DNA of 64,000 nt, taken from a virus. Positions within the stretch are counted from its first letter, which is position 1. Every line of letters starts with the position of its first letter. The stretch is taken from IMG/VR virus record IMGVR_UViG_3300036826_000357, positions 21,017 through 85,016 of that record. One strand, given 5' to 3'. The position numbers were made by a program, and so were the translations under genes. This document shows positions 1-9,228 of this stretch, piece by piece. The notes under the pieces are model-generated. The model was not told the DNA's origin. It was given only the letters and a program-made list of their open reading frames with translations, and did no database searches.

Positions 1-139
1 TATCGAGAATGACGAGTCGCCCACTCGTACCGGGTCTGAGCCAGAAGCGGCGAATCATGCGGCGCTTATGCCCGCTCTTCGCTGCCGCTTCCTGATTCGC
101 TGACCAACCTGACTTGTACCAGCCCATCACCGCCTCTTT

Positions 140-589
140 TCAGGCGACCGCTGGCTTTTGCTCCGTCGTCTCCGCGAGTGTCTTTTTCCGGTCGCCGATC
201 TTCAGCGTTGTATCGCGTTTCGTGTGCTCTTGACAGTGCCGATCGTACAACGTCTTCGTCAGCACCGCTTTGGCACGGCCGAGTGGCACTTCGGCAATGG
301 AAAAGAACACTGCCGAATCGCACGCCTCGTCCTTGTAGAGCGCTTCCGCATCAATGGCATGGAAATGCTCATGTTCAAGGATCGCGGTATGCTTCTCGCC
401 GAGCACCAGGACATCGGCTCCCTTCTCGGCAAAGAGCAACGGCTCCAACTGCGCTCGCGCCTCGTCGTAGGCTTTCTTCGCGGTAGACGCCGCAATGCGC
501 AGTGCGCCAGCCCGATCAATCAGGGTGGCAAGCAGCTTGTCGGTGTTTACTCTGGCACGCTTCTTCGATGGTGTATCCTTCCGGCTCAT
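140..589 (-). CDS. hypothetical phage protein (149 aa)
   Basis: C-terminal part of the 241-aa ORF; ATG at 589 has GGAGG upstream and overlaps the stop of the upstream gene. Confidence 0.7.
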   Translation of the reverse strand: MSRKDTPSKKRARVNTDKLLATLIDRAGALRIAASTAKKAYDEARAQLEPLLFAEKGADVLVLGEKHTAILEHEHFHAIDAEALYKDEACDSAVFFSIAEVPLGRAKAVLTKTLYDRHCQEHTKRDTTLKIGDRKKTLAETTEQKPAVA

Positions 590-1059
590 GTTACCTCCCA
601 GCACTCCAACGGCACGCCCCAGCGTTTGCCGATTCCGGCATCGTACCAATGCCCCGCATCGCGTGCCGTCTGGAACGATGTGCGGTAGACCCGATTCGCT
701 ACTCGGTCGACCATTTCGAGGTACTGAATGTGACGACCCAACGGGCCGCACAACTGCTCCCACAGATCGGCTTGGAAGGTAACCAGCCGCTCCTTCCAGT
801 AGATGAAATCCTCGGCTTCGCCGCCCCCCTGATAGAGATGAGCACTCGAATCGATGTACCCACATTGCGCCATATGTCGGCTCCTTGGCTTCCGCGCCTG
901 CACTGGTATCGTGTACCGATGGTCGAGCACCGTGCCGGCTCGTTGTGCGCCCGGGACAGGAACACGGATCGGCGGGATCGGTGCAGCCGGCGGGATCGGT
1001 GCCGGCAGCATCCCCGGGAACACGCCCTGCTCATCGTCGCGCTTCATAAATTTGACCAC
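586..1059 (-). CDS. hypothetical protein
   Basis: ORF coupled to the downstream gene; start either GTG 1059 (inside the palindrome) or ATG 1047. Confidence 0.6.
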   Translation of the reverse strand: MVKFMKRDDEQGVFPGMLPAPIPPAAPIPPIRVPVPGAQRAGTVLDHRYTIPVQARKPRSRHMAQCGYIDSSAHLYQGGGEAEDFIYWKERLVTFQADLWEQLCGPLGRHIQYLEMVDRVANRVYRTSFQTARDAGHWYDAGIGKRWGVPLECWEVT

Positions 1060-1068
1060 GTGGTCAAA
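1051..1068. repeat. 18-bp perfect palindrome TTTGACCACGTGGTCAAA, copy 1
   Basis: read directly; identical copies at 17287, 27144, 53963, 57463. Confidence 0.95.
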
Positions 1069-1320
1069 TCAGCCATGACGGCTCAGACTCCCTTTCCTGA
1101 TCGGCAGACGGCAAAGCCCCCGACCAGGAATCCAAGGGTTAGGAGTCAAAACCGTCATGGCTGACTCGACCAAAGAAGAAGGCCCCCACGGGGGATCCAT
1201 GGGAGCCTTCTCCGGGTGCGCCCGGTCTCGCGCGAACACTGGACGCGGTTTACCTGTAGGACAGGATCGGCCATCTGAGAGGGGGATCTCATTGGCAGAC
1301 AGCCAGCACCACCCCACATC
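1061..1320 (-). ncRNA. putative structured non-coding RNA or leader
   Basis: 31-nt imperfect inverted repeat (1061-1091 / 1142-1172) plus inner stem; mismatches mostly G-U on the minus strand; further hairpins 1183-1320; promoter directly upstream. Confidence 0.5.
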
Positions 1321-1327
1321 ACCGCTG

Positions 1328-1356
1328 GGTATAGCCGGTCATTCCCTCTTTGTCAA
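1328..1356 (-). promoter_or_regulatory. sigma70-like promoter TTGACA-N17-TATACC
   Basis: TTGACAAAG extended -35 shared with other promoters in the window. Confidence 0.65.
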
Positions 1357-1359
1357 CGG

Positions 1360-2202
1360 TTAGATGCGGGGCGTCATTGGCTCGAAGTCGAACTTCTCGC
1401 CGCTCCGGCAGGGCCAGAAGACGTGCTCGAACAGATCCTTCGAGACGGTGTAAACCTCGTCGTAGTCGTCGCCGGGATTGATCTTCGTGTAGCAGGCAGC
1501 GACGCGCTGCGGCAGTCCGTCGTGCAGATTCAGATCGATCATGGTCGAGCAGACATCGCACGCCACCCACGCGCCCTTCGGCATGAACGGCCGGCGCGAC
1601 TTCGACGCAGCCGGCGTGTACGGCTCCGTCTGATTCACCGGATACCGCCACCGTGGTGCCGTGCTGTGACAGAAGTCACAGGATGGACCGGACGGACGGA
1701 CTTGACCGACCACTCTGGCGCTGCCACCGGCCGCTTCCACTTCGGCAACCATGCCGGCGCACTCCGAGCCATGTACCAGCCGAAGCTCGATCTGAAACGG
1801 CGCGAGATTCGTGTCGGGTACGGCGACTTCGTAGCGTCCCTGATCGTCATCGAGGAGCGAGACCGTCACTTTCCCGCGTGTCACCGCCAGTGCCAGTGCG
1901 GTCACGAAATGACCGGTTGCCTTCGCTTCCTTCCGACCTTCGGCAGCAGGAAGATGCTCCGATGCCTGGAGCAGAACGGAACTGACGGCAAGTAGTTGCA
2001 CGACGAACTTGCAGACATCCATGTCGAGCTTGTCGACTTCCACCCGCAAGGCATCCATATCGATGGTTCCCGGGGGCCGGATGGTGGCAAAGAGCCAGGC
2101 CCGCCAGAAATTGAAGTTCTCCGGCGAGCATTGTGCGATCTTGAATACGAGTCCCTGATTCTCATCTGAGACTATCTCAGCAGCCACTACTTCTTCAGCC
2201 AT
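1360..2202 (-). CDS. hypothetical protein with CxxC..CxxC C-terminal domain
   Basis: 280-aa ORF, GAGG RBS, CDFC and CDVC motifs. Confidence 0.75.
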   Translation of the reverse strand: MAEEVVAAEIVSDENQGLVFKIAQCSPENFNFWRAWLFATIRPPGTIDMDALRVEVDKLDMDVCKFVVQLLAVSSVLLQASEHLPAAEGRKEAKATGHFVTALALAVTRGKVTVSLLDDDQGRYEVAVPDTNLAPFQIELRLVHGSECAGMVAEVEAAGGSARVVGQVRPSGPSCDFCHSTAPRWRYPVNQTEPYTPAASKSRRPFMPKGAWVACDVCSTMIDLNLHDGLPQRVAACYTKINPGDDYDEVYTVSKDLFEHVFWPCRSGEKFDFEPMTPRI

Positions 2203-2331
2203 AAATCATACGATTCCTCGACTTTCTTTTGGGTTAGGAGAAGGGGCCGGGAGCACCGCCGCGCACTGTGGTGACGCCAGATCGTCGGCGGCAAGTGGAC
2301 TGGCGGATACTTACGCTCCCGGCCCGGAGGT

Positions 2332-2360
2332 AGGATAGCGACGCGGTGATTCTTTGTCAA
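2332..2360 (-). promoter_or_regulatory. sigma70-like promoter TTGACA-N17-TATCCT
   Basis: near-consensus -35/-10 upstream of the gene starting at 2202. Confidence 0.7.
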
Positions 2361-2566
2361 GCCTGGTGTGGTTGAACGGAGCCCGTACCCGGAGCCAGCG
2401 CTCCAGCCGGCGCGGCTCGCGCGTCTCGGCATGGGCAGCGACGCGGACCCGGCGGGCGATGTACTTCAGCCCAGCCGGCGTACCGAGCCAGGCACGAAAC
2501 TGCTGCACGATCGGCTCCATGATGGAGCTAATCAGCGCCTGGATAGCCCTTTGTCAAGGTCCGCGC

Positions 2567-2619
2567 AAAAGAAAAAGCCCGGTCCGGCTGGAAGTTCGCA
2601 CCTTCCAGCGAGACCGGGC
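2567..2619 (-). terminator. intrinsic terminator
   Basis: GC-rich hairpin followed by TTTTTCTTTT on the minus strand. Confidence 0.75.
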
Positions 2620-2652
2620 GGGTAGGGGGACCACGTGGCCGAGTGGGGCCGT

Positions 2653-2889
2653 CTACGACGGTTCAAGCCTGACGCGACCAGGATCGGCTGTCAAGCGCGC
2701 ATGTTTCACGCCGGGCTCTTTCAACTCCGGCACACCGTCCCGGGCGATCTTCTCGCGTAACGCATCAATGATAAACTGCTGGATGGTCGTCTCGTTTTCT
2801 GCCGCCATCACCCGCACCTGTTGATAGAGCACCCGGGGAATGTGCGCACTGGTGGGTTGCGTCGGGCCATTACGCCGCTGTCTCACCAT
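2653..2889 (-). CDS. ribbon-helix-helix DNA-binding protein
   Basis: TSAHIPRVLYQQVRVMAAENETTIQQFIIDALREKI fits the RHH pattern; start uncertain. Confidence 0.65.
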   Translation of the reverse strand: MVRQRRNGPTQPTSAHIPRVLYQQVRVMAAENETTIQQFIIDALREKIARDGVPELKEPGVKHARLTADPGRVRLEPS

Positions 2890-3379
2890 TGCGCTTCTCC
2901 AGCATCCGTTCGAGCACTTCGCGCAGACCACGATTGGGAATCGCAGACACCGATGCCCGGACTTCCTCCGTGGTCGGAGCCGGCTTCTCCTCGATCACCA
3001 CAGGCGTACTCTTCTGCTTCCGGCGCTGCACACTGAACTCCGCTGCAATCCGGTCCCGGATCGCATGGAAGCTGCGCAGGGTCGGAATCGGCGGCAACCA
3101 CTCCATCCCGCGTGTGGCCCGGAGATACTTCCAATGCCGGATGCCGAAGTCGAGCAGCTTGAGCACATCGGCCACCGGCACACGCGTCACCATCAAGCCG
3201 ATCAAGCCGTAGTCCGCAGTAGACCACGGCAACACCATCGTGCCCGGGTAGACGTCTTCGAGCAGTTGCCGCCACTGAATCTCGACGGCGCGGAGTGTAC
3301 GCGGCTGCTCGACGGCGCAGAGCGCGCGACGCGCAGCCACCTTCGCCGCTAAATCGACTGCCTCGAATGGCGTCTTCAT
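2870..3379 (-). CDS. hypothetical protein
   Basis: C-terminal 169 aa of the 254-aa ORF; ATGA coupling at 3379. Confidence 0.6.
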   Translation of the reverse strand: MKTPFEAVDLAAKVAARRALCAVEQPRTLRAVEIQWRQLLEDVYPGTMVLPWSTADYGLIGLMVTRVPVADVLKLLDFGIRHWKYLRATRGMEWLPPIPTLRSFHAIRDRIAAEFSVQRRKQKSTPVVIEEKPAPTTEEVRASVSAIPNRGLREVLERMLEKRNGETAA

Positions 3380-3440
3380 CGCGCCATTCCCATCGACGGT
3401 GATCGTTTGTGCAATGTGCCGATCCATGCCAATCGCCAGT

Positions 3441-3758
3441 TCATCGTGTACTCCTATCCTGACACCAGTTTTGATGCAGGACAAGCCACTCTTGATGCAG
3501 GACAAGCCACTCCGCCATCGGGACGAAGCAAGGCCCGTCGCCGTCCACCCAGCGAAACCACCCCCCGGTTTGGACTGCAAGCCACCGAAGGGATTCACTG
3601 ACGGCATCCGACCCAAGCGTACTCCATAACCCATGCTCCCAACCGTCTTGCCATGTAGCGCACCATTGCTCCTCTGACAGCGCAGACATGACGAAGAGCA
3701 GCAAGAACCGAGCCGGATCTAAGCCTTGCAGCCGGCTGTCGTCGCTGGAAAACGCCAT
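3441..3758 (-). CDS. Trp-rich hypothetical protein
   Basis: MSxLSEExWCAxW..GGW motifs; contains an in-frame 21-bp tandem duplication at 3471-3512. Confidence 0.55.
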   Translation of the reverse strand: MAFSSDDSRLQGLDPARFLLLFVMSALSEEQWCATWQDGWEHGLWSTLGSDAVSESLRWLAVQTGGWFRWVDGDGPCFVPMAEWLVLHQEWLVLHQNWCQDRSTR

Positions 3759-3818
3759 CTGATTCAGCGTGAGGACCTGCGCGATCACGATCAACCGGGC
3801 GTCATCGCTATCCTCCGA

Positions 3819-4292
3819 TCATTCAAAACGCTGACCGTGATACAGGGGGAGACCCCCCTGACAGCATGTGCATTGGAGTGTCCCCGATATGAATGCCGTT
3901 TTCCCTCCATCCGGAAGATTGGTGATATTCAGACCGATGGGTCCGGTACACACACCATCCATGTGTATCACTTCCGGAAGACCGGGAGCAGATTCGCCAT
4001 GCAGTGTATACCCGGAACAACTTCCCTCCATCGCCCAATACGCATCGATGATGCTCTTGCGCACAGAGATGTCGTCTGGGTGTTCGAGCCGAGTGACCAG
4101 GAACGGAGTCGGACAGGTCGTAAACGTTGTGTACGGTCCCGGGCTCGTGGTTGTCGTGGTATCCGCCGCCGCGCAATCCGCATTCTTTAGTTGCTTCTCC
4201 AGTCGAGCACAGCGACGCGCGGAGAAGGCATCCGATGCGAAGGTCGGAGTTACGAAGAGAATCAGAACACAAATCCGAATTAGGTGCTTCAT
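3819..4292 (-). CDS. secreted Cys-containing protein
   Basis: GGAGG RBS; signal peptide MKHLIRICVLILFVTPTFA; poly-Thr linker. Confidence 0.7.
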   Translation of the reverse strand: MKHLIRICVLILFVTPTFASDAFSARRCARLEKQLKNADCAAADTTTTTSPGPYTTFTTCPTPFLVTRLEHPDDISVRKSIIDAYWAMEGSCSGYTLHGESAPGLPEVIHMDGVCTGPIGLNITNLPDGGKTAFISGTLQCTCCQGGLPLYHGQRFE

Positions 4293-4301
4293 TTTCCTCC
4301 T

Positions 4302-5028
4302 TTACTGCCGATAGCGACCGGGTATCCAAGGACACAAATCATCCCCACGCGCGTTCGTACAACTCTTTTCAGCGTCCCAGGCCAGGAAATCCCACGCGAT
4401 AAAACACCCCGTTGAGACATCCGTGACCATGAAGGAGTTATGGATATACCGTGGGCCACCTGGATAATCGTTGATGTACGCGAGCGTGTAGTACATGTAT
4501 ACATTCGGCATCGTGTACGGATCAGGTCTGATCTGGGCATACCAGTTCCAGATCACGTAATGGAACTTCTGCGGAGGGTTTCCAAATTCCTCATCCGCTT
4601 CGTCGTAGTCGACGTACGAGTATGGCACAGGACTCGCCGTCGCTCCGATATCGGGATAGTCCGCAGACTTGGACCATCCCCACGGCGTCGCCGGAATCAA
4701 GAACAGCACCGGCAGGTTCACGCGGAGAGGGCCTCCCTCATACGCTCGCTTGGCAGCGTGCGCGACCGGATTCCCGTCCTTATCCAGGTACCACGCCGGC
4801 CACGTAAAGGATATCTCCATCCCGTCCATGACTCCCGGATTCGCCAGAAAGCGTAAGTTCCCCGGAAGGGATTCCGAACAGTACGTTCGAGTCGGATCGC
4901 CCCCGCCTGTGCGAATACCTTCGTTCTCTGCCCAGAACAAAGGTGGGATCACAGGACATCCAGGCACGACATTTGCCATGAGAAACAGCGGAGAGGTTAA
5001 CACGATATACCGTAAATACCGCTTCATG
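4302..5028 (-). CDS. putative exported/lipoprotein, Tyr/Trp/Pro-rich
   Basis: MKRYLRYIVLTSPLFLMANVVPGC N-terminus resembles a signal or lipobox. Confidence 0.65.
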
Positions 5029-5106
5029 GACTGAACCTGCTTCTCGTCCCGGATGCGGCCCCCCACATCCTGAGACGTGTTGGAGTATCTCCCCGGATAC
5101 TGCTTC

Positions 5107-5328
5107 TTATGGTCTATTCATCAGTACCAAGTTCACCGTCAGGACCAGTTGCACTAAATCGCCGAGTAATTCCTGTTCCTCCTCCCGGCTCACAGACGCC
5201 AGTTCGTGTGCCACCGCGCGATGCAGGGAATCGTCGGCTGCGTCGGAGTCACCAACCTGGTGCCGTGCCCCAACTCGCGCGATGAACTCGTAGACCGTCA
5301 TGCAGCGCGCGTTGCCTTCATTCACCAT
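5107..5328 (-). CDS. hypothetical protein
   Basis: 73-aa ORF coupled (TGATG) to the upstream gene. Confidence 0.5.
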   Translation of the reverse strand: MVNEGNARCMTVYEFIARVGARHQVGDSDAADDSLHRAVAHELASVSREEEQELLGDLVQLVLTVNLVLMNRP

Positions 5329-5759
5329 CAGTCGTACCCGAGAATCGCATTTAATGCGGCCACCGCTTCCGCCGCCTTCCAGCCACAGTCGAGCTTGTGC
5401 TTCACAGCGACGAGTTGGGCGATGTCACACGCCTTCTCGTAGGTGTCGTTCTCCATGGCAATCTCGCTTCCAGCCACGAGCGCGTCCTGCATGTCGCACA
5501 CGTCCCATCGCCAGGAGCCTTCCACGGGTCGGCCGACCTTCACGGCATGATCGCGCATCCGCGCCCATTCGAGAATCTCGTACCGGGTCCGTTCGAGCAC
5601 GTTCCGCTCAAGCTCCCGGTAGACAACGGTCTCCCGCCAGATCCGATCGATCGTCAGGAACAACGACCGTTCGAGCCAGGAACACTCATCCCACCAGCGC
5701 AGCCGCGCTTCCGCTAACTGCGTATCGGTCAATTCCCGGGGCGGATCGTGAGTGTCCAT
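5328..5759 (-). CDS. hypothetical protein
   Basis: ORF with TGATG coupling at both ends. Confidence 0.65.
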   Translation of the reverse strand: MDTHDPPRELTDTQLAEARLRWWDECSWLERSLFLTIDRIWRETVVYRELERNVLERTRYEILEWARMRDHAVKVGRPVEGSWRWDVCDMQDALVAGSEIAMENDTYEKACDIAQLVAVKHKLDCGWKAAEAVAALNAILGYD

Positions 5760-6043
5760 CAGACTTCGTAGCCATGGAGCCGGCAATACGCACGCCAGAC
5801 TTCCTGCTGCTCCACGGTGGACGGGGCCTCGAACTGCTGCTCACACGCGTTGTACCCGGCAACGAACCAGGGATGCCACCACCCACAGGGATAGAAGCCG
5901 GGATCGGCTGCCTGCGCGTAGGATTCCCCGAGCGCCCGGATGAGATACGGCTCGACGTGACTCACATACGGCGGTTCCCACTCACCCATCGACTCGTCCG
6001 GCATCGAGTCGCATAGCTCCGGCGGTGTCCATTCAGGACTCAT
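5759..6043 (-). CDS. small protein with DPGFYPCGWWHPWFVAG motif (copy A)
   Basis: 94 aa; the motif is shared with 6107-6322 with only synonymous changes. Confidence 0.75.
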   Translation of the reverse strand: MSPEWTPPELCDSMPDESMGEWEPPYVSHVEPYLIRALGESYAQAADPGFYPCGWWHPWFVAGYNACEQQFEAPSTVEQQEVWRAYCRLHGYEV

Positions 6044-6067
6044 CGGTTCCCTTCCTCTTTGTCAACT

Positions 6068-6085
6068 TTTGACCACGGGGTCAAC
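6068..6085. repeat. degenerate copy (2 mismatches) of the 18-bp palindrome
   Basis: TTTGACCACGGGGTCAAC, intergenic, next to a TTGACAAAG element. Confidence 0.6.
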
Positions 6086-6106
6086 TGCCCACCCTGACGC
6101 AAAGCG

Positions 6107-6322
6107 TTACAGTTCATGGACCAACTCCTCCACCCTCTCCCAAGCAGTTGCCCAGCCGGCCACGAACCACGGATGCCACCAGCCGCACGGATAAAAACCG
6201 GGATCGTCGGCTATCCAATCGACTGTCCACCCAAATCTGTCTCCGGACTCCGGGTCTTCTACCGTAAAAGCCTCCGGGTCCGGTCTGTTCCGTTCCGGCT
6301 CCGGATGGTCCTTCGCTCTCAT
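6107..6322 (-). CDS. small protein with DPGFYPCGWWHPWFVAG motif (copy B)
   Basis: 71 aa; GAGGGAG RBS; shared motif. Confidence 0.75.
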   Translation of the reverse strand: MRAKDHPEPERNRPDPEAFTVEDPESGDRFGWTVDWIADDPGFYPCGWWHPWFVAGWATAWERVEELVHEL

Positions 6323-6397
6323 TTCCGGTCTCCCTCACATGGATATTAAGATCTTCTCCTCGGACGGAAGGGATCCGGAACGGATCCCGGAGTCCAC

Positions 6398-7114
6398 TTA
6401 GTATGACATGGCAGAATTGCCATGTGTAGGCTTCGGCTTCGTTGTCAAGCCAGGAACTCGGTACGCTTCCCACGCTGGTTGGTCAGGATGAGCCGCCTGC
6501 CAGGCTTTGATGGCGTCCCGATAGGCCGGATCGGTTTCCTCCGGCGGCGGCTCTGGAGGCGGGATGTACTTCGGGACAGTCGGTTTCCGCCGGCCCATGA
6601 AACATTGCCCGAGCTTTTCCTGCACGAACTGCTCGAACTTTTTCACACGATCCCGCACACGAACGAAGCGCTCTTTGTTTCGCATGGCGTAATGCACACC
6701 CAAGAGCTTCGTGAGCAGCAGCGGATTCAGCCGTATCTCCGAGCATCGGTGGAAGCGTCGTTTCACTTCAAAGATGCCGGCGGCAACAAACTCGGCAACT
6801 CCACGACATACCCAGCTTTCGCTTCTGCTCAGTTTCTCCGCCATGGTTTGCCGGCGCATCCGGAACGCTCGATGCTTAAATCCGCCGTCAGAAAACGTAT
6901 GCGCGACGACCAAGTTGAAGATCGTCATGAAGCGACCGATTCTCCCACGCATCAGTTCCGGATTCAGTGTCACCCCGTAGCAGTTGGAGCCACAGAGATT
7001 CTCCACATCCGATCCGAGACTGCCATCTGGGACGGCGAAGGCTTCAGCCAGAACTGGCTGAAGGGCATCCGCTACGTCGACCAGGGTTTCCTGCCATCCA
7101 CTCCACTTCCCCAT
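6398..7114 (-). CDS. winged-HTH protein, putative replication initiator
   Basis: RQTMAEKLSRSESWVCRGVAEFVAAGIFEVKRR is a phage Rep-type wHTH pattern; GAGGAGG RBS. Confidence 0.65.
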   Translation of the reverse strand: MGKWSGWQETLVDVADALQPVLAEAFAVPDGSLGSDVENLCGSNCYGVTLNPELMRGRIGRFMTIFNLVVAHTFSDGGFKHRAFRMRRQTMAEKLSRSESWVCRGVAEFVAAGIFEVKRRFHRCSEIRLNPLLLTKLLGVHYAMRNKERFVRVRDRVKKFEQFVQEKLGQCFMGRRKPTVPKYIPPPEPPPEETDPAYRDAIKAWQAAHPDQPAWEAYRVPGLTTKPKPTHGNSAMSY

Positions 7115-7216
7115 CGCATCCTCCTCACCTGCTGGACACGAGGCTGCGGGCGTGGTAGACGGGGCCTTAAGACACTGCCACGTCGCGACCCGCAGCCGCG
7201 ACGAACCATCGCATAG

Positions 7217-7254
7217 CATAGAGCCTCGGTCTTGAAAAGGATCGGGGCTCTATG
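7217..7254. terminator. inverted repeat / hairpin upstream of the Rep-like gene
   Basis: CATAGAGCC...GGCTCTATG stem. Confidence 0.45.
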
Positions 7255-7407
7255 TGTTTCAGGGGTCGCTCGCTCAGCGGCAGATCAGGTACTCCGTCAG
7301 GTACCGGCCCGCGACCATGCCAAGGTAGAAGAACACCCCGGCGATCTTCCACCACTCCGGCACTTCGCGTCGTGGTCGCGATTGCACCGTCCGGAGTCGA
7401 CCGTTGT

Positions 7408-7602
7408 TCATCGGCGTCGGACGCTATCGGCAAGGATCAGCGTGAAGCCCATCGCCATCAGGATCGCACCAGCGATCAAGCGGCGCGTGGGTTCGGGCAC
7501 CGCATCCATCGGAACGCTCCAGTTCAGCAGGATGCCGACAAGCATCGCCCCGACGCCGCAGGCAACTATCATAGACGATTTTTGGGCTAGGTTACTTGGC
7601 AT
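7408..7602 (-). CDS. small two-TM membrane protein
   Basis: 64 aa with two hydrophobic segments. Confidence 0.55.
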   Translation of the reverse strand: MPSNLAQKSSMIVACGVGAMLVGILLNWSVPMDAVPEPTRRLIAGAILMAMGFTLILADSVRRR

Positions 7603-7632
7603 CGGGCCGCGCGCCCCGCGTCGAGGGCGGTC

Positions 7633-7743
7633 TTAGCCATGGACGTACCATCCCAACGGCGTGGCAATCAGCCAGGCGACGCCCAGGATCAGGGCGCAGA
7701 AGATCACGAGGATCAGGATGCGGGCTCCGTCCAAGCCGTCCAT
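7633..7743 (-). CDS. small single-TM protein (36 aa)
   Basis: MDGLDGARILILVIFCALILGVAWLIATPLGWYVHG translated by hand; TGATG-coupled. Confidence 0.5.
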   Translation of the reverse strand: MDGLDGARILILVIFCALILGVAWLIATPLGWYVHG

Positions 7744-8102
7744 CACGTCTCCGCGCGCCCCGCATCGAGGGCAGCAATCAAGCCCTGCTCCCAGTCCTGG
7801 TATGGCGGGTCAGGGAAGTTCTCTCGCACTTCCTGCGCCGCTTTCGCCACACGTTCCAGCCACTCCCGCTCGCGTACCAGCGCGGCGATGTCGGGGGCGT
7901 CGAGCAGTGCGTCGAGTGAGTCGAGTACCTGAGCAGACCCACCGACCCGCGCGATCATGAACACGCGACGGATATACTCACGCGCATCGGATGCCACTTT
8001 CACCAACGCCGCGACGTGGGCTTCCAGCGCCGCGATGCGCTCTTGCTGCTCTTTCGTGCCGGGCGTGCGCCGATACTTTCCTGACTGCATGCCTTCTGCC
8101 AT
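7743..8102 (-). CDS. modular coiled-coil phage protein (Ead/Ea22-like mosaic type)
   Basis: shared blocks LEAHVAAL, LLDAPDIAALV, ALDAGRAE. Confidence 0.7.
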   Translation of the reverse strand: MAEGMQSGKYRRTPGTKEQQERIAALEAHVAALVKVASDAREYIRRVFMIARVGGSAQVLDSLDALLDAPDIAALVREREWLERVAKAAQEVRENFPDPPYQDWEQGLIAALDAGRAET

Positions 8103-8680
8103 CACTTCTCCGCGCGCCCCGCGTCGAGGGCTCGAAGGGCGTCAACCGCGTCGTCCAGCACGAAGTACCATTCTTGCGCTTCAGCCTCGCCTTTGGCGCG
8201 GTCAAATCCCGACTCGGCGCGGTCCTGAATCCGCTCCAGGGCCGCGATCACCCGCTGCTGTCGATGTATCAGCGCGGCGATGTCGGGAGCGTTGAGGAGG
8301 GCCTTGATTCGCAGACACCTGGGCCTCCGGTGACAGACCCCCTCGTTTCCGTCGTCGGTACACCAGCACAGACCAGTCGTCTGGAATTCTTGTGGGGCAC
8401 AATCCTGGAGCGCCTGCGCCAACGCCGCCACGTGGGCCTCCAGTTGGTTGCACCGCTCTCGAAGCTGCTCTGCATCGGCTAGGGCACAACCCTCGATGTA
8501 CTCGGCCCCCCTGTGCGCTTCCTGCGCCGCCGCAAGCTGCGTGCGGAGCGTGGCGCGCTCCTGCAGACCCCGCTGGAGATTCAGGCCCAACGCATACGAG
8601 CCACACGCAGGGCACGGCTCCACATCGGGTGGCGGGCTTCCGGTGTTCATCTCATCCAGCGGGCGCGGCATATCAGCCAT
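8102..8680 (-). CDS. modular coiled-coil phage protein
   Basis: same shared blocks plus LRTQLAAAQ; TGATG coupling. Confidence 0.7.
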   Translation of the reverse strand: MADMPRPLDEMNTGSPPPDVEPCPACGSYALGLNLQRGLQERATLRTQLAAAQEAHRGAEYIEGCALADAEQLRERCNQLEAHVAALAQALQDCAPQEFQTTGLCWCTDDGNEGVCHRRPRCLRIKALLNAPDIAALIHRQQRVIAALERIQDRAESGFDRAKGEAEAQEWYFVLDDAVDALRALDAGRAEK

Positions 8681-9228
8681 CACTTCTCCGCGCGCGGGAA
8701 ATGCACCCAGCTTCCACCGTCTACGCCGCTGGGCGCTCGTGGACCGCCACATGCCGGACAGACTGGCCCGTCCGGCAATTGAGCATCCGCACAACGCGGC
8801 TGCTCCGCGCGCCCCTTCGCGCGCTTGATGTAGGCGTCTCCCGTCGCGCGAATCTGTTCGGCGGTCGCGTGACTCTCGCAGCTTGGCTCCGAGCGCCCCG
8901 CGTCGAGGGCGGCAAGCTCTGTCAACGCCTCACGCAAGTACTTCATGTGGGCACGCGGGTTGCGCTGGTAGTGGTCGTGGTCTGCCCACTCCACATTGCG
9001 CGCCGCTCCCTCCACCTTCTCGACCGCTTCCTGCCGCCGCACCAGCGCGGCGATGTCGGGGGATTCGAGCAGAGCCTTAATACGCTCAAACGCGACCGTG
9101 CCGATGATTGCCCAGATGCGATGCTGCTCGTCCTCGCGATTGACCAATGCGCGCAGTTCCTGCGCCAACGCGGCGACGTGGGCCTCTAAGCTGGCTATGT
9201 ACTGGTGTTCAGCGCGATAACTAGCCAT
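8680..9228 (-). CDS. modular coiled-coil phage protein
   Basis: same shared blocks; three successive segments ending GRSE/GRAE/RAEK. Confidence 0.7.
   Translation of the reverse strand: MASYRAEHQYIASLEAHVAALAQELRALVNREDEQHRIWAIIGTVAFERIKALLESPDIAALVRRQEAVEKVEGAARNVEWADHDHYQRNPRAHMKYLREALTELAALDAGRSEPSCESHATAEQIRATGDAYIKRAKGRAEQPRCADAQLPDGPVCPACGGPRAPSGVDGGSWVHFPRAEK

Noticed and set aside
2629-2638. GACCACGTGG as another palindrome copy
   Set aside because: Only 10 bp of the core match and the outer arms are absent; compatible with chance
3471-3512. 21-bp tandem duplication as an iteron or origin
   Set aside because: Only two copies, in frame (EWLVLHQ twice) within a coding region
5855-6205. 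Possible DGR template/variable repeat pair
   Set aside because: Differences are synonymous third-position changes, not adenine-specific, and no reverse transcriptase is in the window
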